33,432 nt of DNA from Candidatus Hydrogenedentota bacterium (GCA_045863295.1 BTWA01000029.1:48835-82266); one strand, 5' to 3'; counted from the first letter of the stretch, positions 15,745 through 24,759 are shown. The notes: generated by a model not told the origin, from the sequence alone. Numbers and translations are program-made.

Positions 15745-17720
15745 GCCGCGCCGCGCTGGATATCAATACGCACATCGACGTATTTGCGGAACTTGGAGCG
15801 CAATCTAAAACTCCACGACGCCGGACCATTCGCCAGTTTGCTGAGCAAGAGATCGTGATCCCGAACGGCAAATATCAGGGCCGTCGCTTCCGGTGTGAGT
15901 ATCAGCCATACGCGGGCCTTGCGTTTGACCAGATGGATTCCGGCTTGTTCAAGACGCACGTATTTACCGGGCCGACGCAGAGCGGCAAGACAATGAGCAC
16001 GTTTTTGATCCCGCTCGTGCATTGCCTGTTTGAATTGCGCGAGACCGCCGTTGTCGGCGTTCCAAATCTGGACATGATTAGCGACAAGTGGAGTGAAGAT
16101 ATAAAGCCCGTCATTGAAGCGACGCGGTTTCGCGAATACCTACCACGCAAAGGGCGCGGGTCTCGCGGCGGCACTCCGCAACGTATTGACTTCTTGAACG
16201 GCGCGTCAATGCGATTCATGACCGGCGGCGGCGACGACAAGACGGCAGCGGCATTTACGGCGCGGAATTTGTACGTCACAGAAACCGACGGCATGGACGA
16301 GGCGGGCGAGACAAGCCGAGAGGCCGACCGTGTGAGCCAGTTGATCGGGCGAACCAGGGCGTTCGGCAACCTTGCCCGTATTTTCATGGAATGCACGGTT
16401 TCTACGCGACTAGGGCGTACATGGCGCGAGTACGAAGCAGGGACAGCCAGCACGATTGTTTTTCCGTGCGTGCATTGTGGCGAATATGTACGGCCTGAAC
16501 GCGAAGATTTTCACGGATGGGATCAGGCGGACAATGAGATCGACGCAGGTGAACGCGCTTATTTCGCGTGCCCAAAATGCGCCGGCGTAATTGACCAGGC
16601 CGCGCGCGAGCAAATGGTCAAGTTGTGCAGGCTAATACACAAAGGGCAAACGATATCCGCCGACGGCGTGATTGAAGGACCGCGACCTAAAACGCTCACG
16701 CTCGGTTTTCGTTGGAGCGCGTTCGAAAACATGTTTTTGACGCTCAAGGATTTGGCGAGCGATGCATACAAGGCGGCCACCAAGGAAGACACGGCAGACG
16801 CGGAGAACTCCGAAAAAGAACAGAAGCAATTCGTTTGGTGCGTGCCGTACGACCCGCCGAAGATCGACATATCCTCGTTGACCCTTGGCAATCTCATGAT
16901 GCGAATGCACCCCGAGGCGCGGGGTGTTGTACCCGATGCCGCGGAATTCATCGTTGGCGCGATAGACATAGGCCGCCACTACCTGCACTGGAAAATCGTG
17001 GCCGCTTGCCCGGACGGGCCGCGCATCGTCGATTATCTGATATCTGATTGCCCGTCAAATTTTCTTGGCACAGAAAAGGCCATTTTCAAGACGCTGGAAG
17101 AAATCCGCGAGTTGATGATCGCCGGGTGGCCGTGTGGCGACAGGATCGTTTATCCAGTCGTGACCCTTATAGATTCGGGCTGGATGGATGATGTTGTGTT
17201 CTCGTTTATCGAAAAGTACGGGCCGCCATTTTGGGCCTCGAAAGGGCTTGGGCAATCACTGGAAAGCCCGCAGCGGTACGTCGAGCCGAAGGCCACTGGC
17301 AACCTTGTGCAGCATGTCGGCAACCACTGGCATGTGGTCCACCTTGAGGAAAAGAACGTACTGCAGGTCCAAATGGACGCCGACCACTGGAAGCATTGGT
17401 TACAAGACGGCCTTGCTATCCCAGTTGGCCAACAGGGCGCGATCACGGTCTACTCGCAAGAAAACCCGAAGAACCACAGGCAATGGGCGGCGCACATGAC
17501 GAGCGAAAAATACTCGGAGAAATTCGATCCGGGGCGCGGCTGGATCGGCAAGTGGGAAAAGACTTCGCAGAAACGCCATAACCACTGGCTGGACTGTGGG
17601 TACATGTCCGGGGTGGCTTTGGAATTGGCACGGCTAATGTTGGCCGCGCGCGGGCGGCGTGCGCCCGTTGCGGCTGCTGGGGTGGATAGTGGCGACGATT
17701 CGTTCGTTGCAAGGAGATAA
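15741..17720 (+). CDS. Terminase large subunit, lambda gpA family
   Basis: Walker A GPTQSGKT, CVHC/CPKC zinc ribbon, nuclease GAIDIG, IDSG and NHWLDC motifs. Confidence 0.93.
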   Translation: MSRAALDINTHIDVFAELGAQSKTPRRRTIRQFAEQEIVIPNGKYQGRRFRCEYQPYAGLAFDQMDSGLFKTHVFTGPTQSGKTMSTFLIPLVHCLFELRETAVVGVPNLDMISDKWSEDIKPVIEATRFREYLPRKGRGSRGGTPQRIDFLNGASMRFMTGGGDDKTAAAFTARNLYVTETDGMDEAGETSREADRVSQLIGRTRAFGNLARIFMECTVSTRLGRTWREYEAGTASTIVFPCVHCGEYVRPEREDFHGWDQADNEIDAGERAYFACPKCAGVIDQAAREQMVKLCRLIHKGQTISADGVIEGPRPKTLTLGFRWSAFENMFLTLKDLASDAYKAATKEDTADAENSEKEQKQFVWCVPYDPPKIDISSLTLGNLMMRMHPEARGVVPDAAEFIVGAIDIGRHYLHWKIVAACPDGPRIVDYLISDCPSNFLGTEKAIFKTLEEIRELMIAGWPCGDRIVYPVVTLIDSGWMDDVVFSFIEKYGPPFWASKGLGQSLESPQRYVEPKATGNLVQHVGNHWHVVHLEEKNVLQVQMDADHWKHWLQDGLAIPVGQQGAITVYSQENPKNHRQWAAHMTSEKYSEKFDPGRGWIGKWEKTSQKRHNHWLDCGYMSGVALELARLMLAARGRRAPVAAAGVDSGDDSFVARR

Positions 17721-17757
17721 CGCCGCTGGACGGGCGGCATACGAGAGGAAACGTACA

Positions 17758-18105
17758 ATGAACCCGAAGAATCTCATGAAAAAGTACGAACAGGCGGCGG
17801 TAGAGGCGGTGGCCGTGAATGAGGCGCCGGTGCAGTCCGATCCCGCCGATTCTGTGACGGAAACGCCCGCGCCTGAGAAAACGCTGACAGTCGTGCAGTC
17901 GTCGGTTGATATTCCGATACTGAGCGAGTTACCGGCCGGATATCTGAGCGGGCACATCGACATTAACCAGATGACCCCACGGCAACGCGGCGCGATTCGC
18001 CGGATCAATGCCGCGCTCGTCGCCCAGGGCGCAACGCTTGAGAACGGGCGGTTCGTGAAGACGAACGCCGACGCGGTGAAATGGATTCTTGAGCGGGTGG
18101 CGTGA
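17758..18105 (+). CDS. Hypothetical protein (possible small DNA-binding C-terminal domain)
   Basis: SD GAGG plus ATG at 17758. Confidence 0.7.
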   Translation: MNPKNLMKKYEQAAVEAVAVNEAPVQSDPADSVTETPAPEKTLTVVQSSVDIPILSELPAGYLSGHIDINQMTPRQRGAIRRINAALVAQGATLENGRFVKTNADAVKWILERVA

Positions 18106-18174
18106 AGCGCAACAGGCCGCGCCTTTCCAAGCCAAGCCAACACAAGCGATTCTGAATTATCCGATCCCGGATCA

Positions 18175-18203
18175 TTGACAAAGCGCGATCTGTATGGTTC
18201 TAT
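18175..18203 (+). promoter_or_regulatory. Candidate sigma70-type promoter
   Basis: Exact TTGACA at 18175-80, 17-bp spacer ending TGG, weak -10 TTCTAT. Confidence 0.45.
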
Positions 18204-18209
18204 ATGTGC

Positions 18210-18383
18210 ATGTTAGACGCGCTACTGCCAAAACTTGTGATTGTCGAGAGTCAATTGAAGTCATCGGCACGGCAAGCGATGGCCGCCGCCGGTGAGGTCA
18301 GACTTATCATCGACGGCATTACGCGACAGCAGGCAGAGAACGGATTGACGCCGCCCGAAGCCGGGCACGTTTTGACGCAATAA
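18210..18383 (+). CDS. 57-aa small ORF (below ORF-track cutoff), possibly leaderless
   Basis: MLDALLPKLVIVESQLKSSARQAMAAAGEVRLIIDGITRQQAENGLTPPEAGHVLTQ*; no SD; starts 6 nt after the candidate -10. Confidence 0.5.
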   Translation: MLDALLPKLVIVESQLKSSARQAMAAAGEVRLIIDGITRQQAENGLTPPEAGHVLTQ

Positions 18384-18420
18384 TTTAATCTCAGGGTTCT
18401 ATCACTCGAAAGAGCATCTT

Positions 18421-18471
18421 GCCCCGTGTATCGAAGCCATGACGGTTTCGACGCACGGGGCTTTTGTTTTT
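18421..18471 (+). terminator. Intrinsic terminator with long stem
   Basis: GCCCCGTGTATCGAAGCC-ATGAC-GGTTTCGACGCACGGGGC followed by TTTTGTTTTT. Confidence 0.8.
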
Positions 18472-18487
18472 GTCCAGAAAGGCACAA

Positions 18488-18790
18488 TTGGCAGCCACGT
18501 ACCTCGAAAGCACCGCGACGCTCGCACAGGCGCAGACGGCTTACAAGGCCAACTGCATGTATGACCTTGAGGGCGATACTGACAAGTGCCGCATGTTCAT
18601 CAATGCGGTGCGAGTCCTGCAATTACTCCGCGCCGAAGAGTCACAGAAAGGCCCGGACCGCGTTCGAGAGGATTACCGCAAACTTGAGGGCGATCTGAAA
18701 CGCGCCACCGAGTGGCTTGCACAAAACGACCCATCCACGACAAGCACAGACGCCGTGCGATACATGAGCGTGGAGAACTTCCGCACATGA
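18488..18790 (+). CDS. Head-completion/adaptor candidate (gpW position)
   Basis: AGAAAGG plus TTG at 18488; small helical protein coupled to the portal start. Call rests on synteny. Confidence 0.55.
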   Translation: MAATYLESTATLAQAQTAYKANCMYDLEGDTDKCRMFINAVRVLQLLRAEESQKGPDRVREDYRKLEGDLKRATEWLAQNDPSTTSTDAVRYMSVENFRT

Positions 18791-20394
18791 ACCACCGCGA
18801 CCGCCAATACATGGAGAACGCTTGGCCGTCTCAGGAATTTTCTGAGGCGTACGAGCAAATCCGTGGCGATTTCGGCGCGGCCAAGAACAATCGATTTAAA
18901 CGCCGCTTGACCGGCTACTCTTCGCAGGGGTCTGGCGCGGATTACCACTACCGGAACGAGTCCGATTTCCTGCGGATCATGGAACGGGCTCGGGACATCG
19001 ACCGCAATGACCCAGTTGTGCCGCAAGGCATATCCCGTTTGATTGCGAACGTCTTCCAGGACGGGTTTAAATTAGACCCAAAGACCGGCGACGACAAGCT
19101 AGATAGCGACCTTGCGGCCCGATGGGAGTCATGGTCTACGGATCCGCTCCAGTGTCATTCCGGGGGTACGCTCGACTTCCACGAAATGGCCGCGCTGAAC
19201 GTCCGGCACATGATTGTGGACGGCGACATTTTCGCGGTACCACACGACGACGGGGCTATTGAGGCTGTCGAAGCGCACCGCTGCCGGACGCCGCGCAACA
19301 CCACGCGCAATGTCGTTCATGGTGTGTTGATGAACGAATTCAGGCGACCGCTTGAATACTGGTTTACCCGCGAAGACATCGATCCGAACCGGCAACTGGT
19401 CAAGGTGTCCGAGATAAAGTCGTTCAACGCGCTGGACTCAGACGGCAATCCGGCGGTCCTACATATCAAGAACCCGAAGCGGTTCACGCAGACGCGCGGG
19501 ATATCGGCGATGGCGCCGATTATGGACACCGCAGGCCAGTTTGACGATCTCTTTTTTGCGAAGCTCGTACAGGCCCAGGTGGCCTCGTGCATTGCGATTT
19601 TTCGCGAACGGTCATCGGATTTCGCAAGCAAGATAGCGGGGACCGCTTACGGCGCGACTTCGCAACAAACGCAATCCGACGGGTCCAGCCAAACCGTTAC
19701 CGAGTTAAAGCCCGGGCTTGAGATCGCGGGCGCACCCGGGGAGAAGCTCCAAGGCTTTTCGCCGTCGGTGCCTAACCCTGAATTTTTCACACACGCGACA
19801 CTGATCCTCACGTTCATCGCGATCAACTTTGATCTTCCAGTCGCCGTCCTGTTGCTCGACCCATCACAGACGAACTTCAGCGGGTGGCGCGGGGCAATGG
19901 ACCAAGCGCGGTTCGGATTTAGTCGCATCCAAAGGCAGGCCCGCAACAAGTACCACATCCCGGTCTACCGCTGGAAAGTGCGTCAGTGGGCCGCCGAGGA
20001 TCCCAGCATTGCACGGCGGCTGGATATGGCATTGAAGCACCGATGGATTTTGCCGTCGTGGGCCTACATCGAACCTGAGAAAGACGCGAAGGCCGACTCG
20101 CTGATGATCCGTGAGCGACTTGCCAGTCGCCGGTACGTGATTGGCCGGCGCGGGATGGACGCTGAGGACACCGACAAAGAGATTATCGAGGACAACGAGC
20201 GGTTCATCGTGCGTGCCATCGAGGCAGCAAATCGTATTACCGACGCACACCCTGACGCAGATGTCACGTGGCGCGATGTGGCATTCCTTGCGCCCGATTT
20301 GAAAACGAAGGACGCGCCGGGCCCGGTAGACGACGAACCGCAGGACAAACCCGCCACGCGCCAAACGGCGTCGGCGAACGGGAAACATAACTAA
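18787..20394 (+). CDS. Portal protein, lambda gpB family
   Basis: RARDIDRND, VDGDIF, HGV......RP..YW, QTRGIS..AP, D.SQTNFSG.R and W.YIEP.KD motifs. Confidence 0.92.
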   Translation: MNHRDRQYMENAWPSQEFSEAYEQIRGDFGAAKNNRFKRRLTGYSSQGSGADYHYRNESDFLRIMERARDIDRNDPVVPQGISRLIANVFQDGFKLDPKTGDDKLDSDLAARWESWSTDPLQCHSGGTLDFHEMAALNVRHMIVDGDIFAVPHDDGAIEAVEAHRCRTPRNTTRNVVHGVLMNEFRRPLEYWFTREDIDPNRQLVKVSEIKSFNALDSDGNPAVLHIKNPKRFTQTRGISAMAPIMDTAGQFDDLFFAKLVQAQVASCIAIFRERSSDFASKIAGTAYGATSQQTQSDGSSQTVTELKPGLEIAGAPGEKLQGFSPSVPNPEFFTHATLILTFIAINFDLPVAVLLLDPSQTNFSGWRGAMDQARFGFSRIQRQARNKYHIPVYRWKVRQWAAEDPSIARRLDMALKHRWILPSWAYIEPEKDAKADSLMIRERLASRRYVIGRRGMDAEDTDKEIIEDNERFIVRAIEAANRITDAHPDADVTWRDVAFLAPDLKTKDAPGPVDDEPQDKPATRQTASANGKHN

Positions 20395-21725
20395 TGGCAT
20401 CGGCAGAAATGACGTTGACGGTAAATATGCCGACTGATATCAGGCGGCTTGACCAGTATGCAGGCCCGTACGCGATTGAAGAATCGGCGATGCGCTCGAT
20501 CTGCGATTCGCTCAAGGCGATGAATTGGGGCGAACATTTTGCGGCCGCAGCACCCGCAGGCTCTGCTATCGGTTCGTATGAGAAATTCGGCGACGTGGCC
20601 GTAATCGATTTGGTCGGATCCATGACCAAGTACGGGTCCAGCTTCAGTGATCTGCGCCATGGCACCATCGGGGTGCAGCGTGCGGTAGCAAAGGCATCGC
20701 GCGACAAGGACGTTGCCACAATCATTTTGCGCATTGATTCACCCGGCGGATCGGTTTCTGGCACCGCCGATCTTGCAAACGAGGTTGCGCGGGCCGCGCA
20801 GAAAAAGCGGGTTATCGCGTACATCGAAGACATGGGCGCGTCCGCCGCTTATTGGGTGGCGTCACAGGCCAGCGAGATTGTTGCGAACGATACGGCCATC
20901 GTCGGAAGTATCGGCGTCTATACGTCGGTCACGGACTACAGTGTTGCGGCGGCCATGCAGGGAATCAAGGTCGAGAAGTTTGCCACAGGCAAATTCAAAG
21001 GCGCGGGCTTGCCCGGCACATCGTTGACCGAAGAACAGCGGGCAGACATTCAGGCACGGATCGAGGACATCCACGATCTATTTACCGGGGCTGTTTCACG
21101 CGGGCGTCGTATGTCCGCTGACAAGATTTCCGAAATCGCCGATGGACGTGTGTTTATCGGCGCGAAGGCCGTGGCAGTGGGGCTTGTAGACCGTATCGAC
21201 AGCCTTGAGTCACTGATCAACGGCGCAACCAAATCACCCAAAAAGCCGCAGGTTGCGGCCAATATAGGAGATCAAAACATGTCCGAGAACAAAACGGCGC
21301 AACCGGCCAGCTTTTCTGATTTGAAAGCGTGTCTGCCGGGCGCAACAAGCGATCAGATTTGCGGGTACCTTGAGCGCAATCTGACGCTCGACCAGGCACA
21401 GAGTGCGCACATGGAAGCGCAAGCCAAGGCAACCGCCGACGCAAAGGCCGCATTGGCCGCGAAGGACGCGGAGATCGCCGCGTTGAAAGAAGCCGCCGCG
21501 AAGAAGCCTGGCACGCAAGGGCTGGGCGATGATGCGTTGCGGGGCGAAGGCAAGGCCAAAAAAGACGAAGGCGGATCGGCAACCGACGAATGGAATGCCG
21601 CTGTAGCCGAGGCGGTGTCGAAGGGTAAGAGCCAAGCCGCTGCGATCCGTGCGCTCGTGCGCGACAACCCCAAATTACACCAGGCGTATCTGGCCGAAGC
21701 CAAAGCCAATTACGGTCGCCACTAA
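20394..21725 (+). CDS. S49 (SppA/gpC-like) head maturation protease with C-terminal scaffold
   Basis: ILRIDSPGGSV, GASAAYWVASQA, VGSIGV, G.FK and GRVFIG..A...GLVD motifs. Confidence 0.93.
   Translation: MASAEMTLTVNMPTDIRRLDQYAGPYAIEESAMRSICDSLKAMNWGEHFAAAAPAGSAIGSYEKFGDVAVIDLVGSMTKYGSSFSDLRHGTIGVQRAVAKASRDKDVATIILRIDSPGGSVSGTADLANEVARAAQKKRVIAYIEDMGASAAYWVASQASEIVANDTAIVGSIGVYTSVTDYSVAAAMQGIKVEKFATGKFKGAGLPGTSLTEEQRADIQARIEDIHDLFTGAVSRGRRMSADKISEIADGRVFIGAKAVAVGLVDRIDSLESLINGATKSPKKPQVAANIGDQNMSENKTAQPASFSDLKACLPGATSDQICGYLERNLTLDQAQSAHMEAQAKATADAKAALAAKDAEIAALKEAAAKKPGTQGLGDDALRGEGKAKKDEGGSATDEWNAAVAEAVSKGKSQAAAIRALVRDNPKLHQAYLAEAKANYGRH
21279..21725 (+). CDS. Nested in-frame scaffolding protein (Nu3-like), 148 aa
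   Basis: Internal SD TAGGAG 8 nt before the in-frame ATG at 21279; Ala/Lys-rich coiled coil. Confidence 0.7.
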   Translation: MSENKTAQPASFSDLKACLPGATSDQICGYLERNLTLDQAQSAHMEAQAKATADAKAALAAKDAEIAALKEAAAKKPGTQGLGDDALRGEGKAKKDEGGSATDEWNAAVAEAVSKGKSQAAAIRALVRDNPKLHQAYLAEAKANYGRH

Positions 21726-21764
21726 CCAAAACCGTGCGACATCGCACGAATTAGGAGCAATGAC

Positions 21765-22676
21765 ATGAGTCAACAGGTTGATGGCGGCACAAAGACGTTT
21801 GTCGCAAGTGCTGCCCTTGAAAAGTTTCGCCGAGTCCGCTTGGATTCGAACAATGAGCTTGCGTATGCAGGCGCATCCGATACGGACTGTATCGGTGTCA
21901 CGATTGCGAAAAACTTCGCAGCCGGTGATCAGATTGCCGTGTGGTTGCGGAACAAGGAAGGTACGGTAATTTGCACGTCTTCCGAGGCAATCGCAATCAC
22001 GGACACGCTGTACGCGGCAGCCGATGGAAAGGTCGCCACGACCGGCACGGTGCTGGTGGGTGAGCCATTAGAGGCGGTATCTGGTGCGGGCGACTATCTT
22101 GAAGTCGCGCTTGCCACGACCGCCGTGCTCGGCGCGATTGCGCGGACGGCGTTGACGCAGGACGATTTGAAGCCCTACGCAATTCCGTTGACGCTGTTTC
22201 GCGTGCATGATGCGTTGCAAACGAATCTACCTGGCACCGCGGCCACGGATGACCTCGCGGTTATCACCGGCACGATTGGATCCGATCCGCCTTCGATTCA
22301 GGGCGTTGACTTCGGTGGGACCACGACCACGGCGTATGCGCGGATTCAGTATCCGTTGCCGCCGGAGTATGTGGACGGTCAGACCGTGACGCTTCGCGTG
22401 AACGCGGGGATGTTGACGACGGTTTCTGACGGCACCTGCACGTTGGATGCAGTGGTCTACCGCAATGGCGCGGGTTCCGATATTTGCGCGACCGCGGCAC
22501 AGAGCATCAACTCGCTGACGTTTGCGGACAAGGATTTCACCATTACGCCGACCGCGTTGGTGGCCGGCGATTTGCTTGATATCCGTTTGGTTATCGCGGG
22601 TTCGGATACCGGCAATGCCGGTGTGATGATTCCGGAGATCGCGTCTGTCACGTTGCTGATGGACATCAAAGGCTAA
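21765..22676 (+). CDS. Capsid decoration/cement protein (DUF2190-like) with extra C-terminal beta-domain
   Basis: KTF.A..AL...RRV.L...IGV...G.....EAI.....Y.AADGKV pattern; gpD position; SD AGGAG. Confidence 0.7.
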   Translation: MSQQVDGGTKTFVASAALEKFRRVRLDSNNELAYAGASDTDCIGVTIAKNFAAGDQIAVWLRNKEGTVICTSSEAIAITDTLYAAADGKVATTGTVLVGEPLEAVSGAGDYLEVALATTAVLGAIARTALTQDDLKPYAIPLTLFRVHDALQTNLPGTAATDDLAVITGTIGSDPPSIQGVDFGGTTTTAYARIQYPLPPEYVDGQTVTLRVNAGMLTTVSDGTCTLDAVVYRNGAGSDICATAAQSINSLTFADKDFTITPTALVAGDLLDIRLVIAGSDTGNAGVMIPEIASVTLLMDIKG

Positions 22677-22710
22677 TCGCGCATCGCGACAGTTGAATAG
22701 AGAGTGAAAC

Positions 22711-22740
22711 GTTACCGGGCTTGCAGGCCACCGGTGATGG
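22711..22740 (+). repeat. Upstream arm of the inverted repeat bracketing the capsid gene
   Basis: GTTACCGG-GC-TTGCAGGCC-ACC-GGTGATGG is complementary to 23780-23806. Confidence 0.75.
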
Positions 22741-22813
22741 GCTGGTCTAGCGGACACCACAAAGAGCCGCAGTAGAGACGCGGTAGAGCGCGTCATGACA
22801 TGGAGAAGACCCC

Positions 22814-23779
22814 ATGTCCAGCCCAAGCACAAATGTTGATCTACGCCCGGATATTACCGGGAGCCTTGAAAAGTTTGACGTTCAAGCAAACGAAGCGGGC
22901 TATATCGCTTCCCGCGTGTTGCCTCCGAAAGATGTTGACACACAGAGCGGCACTTTTGGCGTGATCCCGATCAAGGAATTGCTGAAGCAAGCCAGCACGG
23001 AACGCGCATCGAACGGCCACTACAACAGGATCGGGTTTGAATTTACCGACGACAGTTGGGCCACGAAAGAAATCGGCCTTGAAGTGCGCGTCGATGAACG
23101 CAACAAGAACATGTACAGCCGCTACTTTGACGATCAGCTTGTGGCTGCGCGTCTCAGCCGCTCCACCGTCTTGAAGCGGTACGAAATGCTCGTGGCGGCC
23201 GCAATTTTCAACACCAATACGTGGACGCCGACCGCTGTATCCACCGAATGGAGCAACAATGCAAGCGGGGTGCCGATCACGGACGTTACGGCAGCCAAGA
23301 AGCGCGTACGCGCGGCGACCGGCATGTTGCCAAACGCGATCATCATGAACTGGATCGTGTTCGAAAACTTGCGCAACAACGCGCAGATCATTGACCGGAT
23401 CGAGTCCGGCGGCGCGGGACAGATGGCAAAGCCTGCCGATATCACCCGTGAAATGATCGCACGTTGTTTTGACTTGGAAGAGGTCATTGTCGCTGGCGGT
23501 ATGACCAACACCGCGAACGATGCGGACGTGGCCGTGCTGGCCGACATCTGGAGCAGCGAATACTGTGCTTTGGCGCGTGTCGCCCGCACGAACAACATCG
23601 AAGAGGCGTGCGTCGGGCGTACGTTCCATTGGACCGAAGACGGGTCCAGCATCGGCACGACTTTCGAGTCTTACGACGAGCCGCAGTCCCGCTCCATGAT
23701 CGTGCGCAATCGCATGGAAGTTCAGGCCAAGATTCTTTACACGGAATGCCTTGACCTGTTGAGCAACATCACAGCGTAA
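22814..23779 (+). CDS. Major capsid protein (lambda gpE-like, HK97 fold)
   Basis: 321 aa in canonical position. 'IASRVLP...V....G', 'W......PITDV.........TG..PN..IM' and 'GRTF.W' motifs; SD GGAG. Confidence 0.85.
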   Translation: MSSPSTNVDLRPDITGSLEKFDVQANEAGYIASRVLPPKDVDTQSGTFGVIPIKELLKQASTERASNGHYNRIGFEFTDDSWATKEIGLEVRVDERNKNMYSRYFDDQLVAARLSRSTVLKRYEMLVAAAIFNTNTWTPTAVSTEWSNNASGVPITDVTAAKKRVRAATGMLPNAIIMNWIVFENLRNNAQIIDRIESGGAGQMAKPADITREMIARCFDLEEVIVAGGMTNTANDADVAVLADIWSSEYCALARVARTNNIEEACVGRTFHWTEDGSSIGTTFESYDEPQSRSMIVRNRMEVQAKILYTECLDLLSNITA

Positions 23780-23806
23780 CCATCACCCGGCCTGCAAACC
23801 GGTGAC
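23780..23806 (+). repeat. Downstream arm of the inverted repeat bracketing the capsid gene
   Basis: CCATCACC-C-GGCCTGCAA-A-CCGGTGAC begins at the first base after the TAA. Confidence 0.75.
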
Positions 23807-23810
23807 TAGT

Positions 23811-23838
23811 AGCCGGGGAGGGTAAAACCTCCCCGGCT
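23811..23838 (+). terminator. Perfect 11-bp hairpin after the capsid gene (weak terminator or 3' stabiliser; no U-tract)
   Basis: AGCCGGGGAGG-GTAAAA-CCTCCCCGGCT. Confidence 0.6.
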
Positions 23839-23867
23839 TCCCAAGGAATCAAGCAGAGGATCCTGCA

Positions 23868-24239
23868 TTGTCCACTTTCGCCACACAGATGAGCGCACAG
23901 GTCATGCCGCAACTATTGGCGCAAATGGCCGAGACGATCACGTACGTGCGCACCGGCGCGTTCTCGCGTTCCATCGAGTGTGTCTTTTCTCCCAATGAAC
24001 AAGATCGCCGTGAACAATCCGACGGGCAATCGCTTGTCGAATCGGCGACCGTGTTGATTTGGAATGACGACACGAACGGCGTATCGGACCCGAACGTCAA
24101 GGCCGACACGATCACGCGCGGGTCCGATGTGTGGGCCGTGGCCGGTGTCACCAGTTACGCGGACGGCACCGCGCGCTTAGAAGTGCGCAGGGTATCGACA
24201 CTTTATACGGGGCGTGGCGGCACGCTGAAGGTGCGCTGA
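23868..24239 (+). CDS. Head-tail joining/closure protein (gpFII-like)
   Basis: About 120 aa beta-rich; ETITY...P....DTI......W.V pattern; synteny. Confidence 0.65.
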   Translation: MSTFATQMSAQVMPQLLAQMAETITYVRTGAFSRSIECVFSPNEQDRREQSDGQSLVESATVLIWNDDTNGVSDPNVKADTITRGSDVWAVAGVTSYADGTARLEVRRVSTLYTGRGGTLKVR

Positions 24240-24240
24240 T

Positions 24241-24759
24241 ATGCCAGCGCCTACGCCAGTTGGGGTTTTCAGTGGAGTCATTGATCTTGGCCGCGACATC
24301 GTGGCCGCGTCTGATACGTTCCAGGAAGCGACCGGGGCCGAAGACGCCGAAGAGGCAATGGCGTTTGTGTTCGCACACACCGACGAGGTGGCGAGCCGCG
24401 GCATTCCGTTTGCGGTTGTCTCAATTGTCCCCGCGCCGTTCTACCGACAGATCGCGGGCGGGTCAAAGCCTGAATTTATCGAAAGCGGCAAGCTGCTTTT
24501 GATTCTCGGCAATCCTGTTACCGACGGATATAGCACTACCGACGCGATGATCGAGCACTTCAATTTTGCGGGCAAGGTCATCGAAGAGATCGCGGCACTA
24601 TCCGGCACTCCAAACGGGGCGAGCGCGACGCAACATCTTGAGCTGGGCGGCGGCATCGATCTCGTCGATTACTGGCGCGTGGAAAAGGAAGAGCGAGTAA
24701 ACGCCGGTGATTATGCGTGCAGTGTGTGGCAGTTGAACTGGGGTTTTATGGGTGGCTGA
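24241..24759 (+). CDS. Putative tail terminator/neck protein
   Basis: Acidic 172 aa; synteny only. Confidence 0.5.
   Translation: MPAPTPVGVFSGVIDLGRDIVAASDTFQEATGAEDAEEAMAFVFAHTDEVASRGIPFAVVSIVPAPFYRQIAGGSKPEFIESGKLLLILGNPVTDGYSTTDAMIEHFNFAGKVIEEIAALSGTPNGASATQHLELGGGIDLVDYWRVEKEERVNAGDYACSVWQLNWGFMGG

Noticed and set aside
22677..22813. tRNA or known riboswitch in the capsid leader
   Set aside because: No cloverleaf or T-loop and no riboswitch consensus that I can recognise. Kept only as an unassigned structure.
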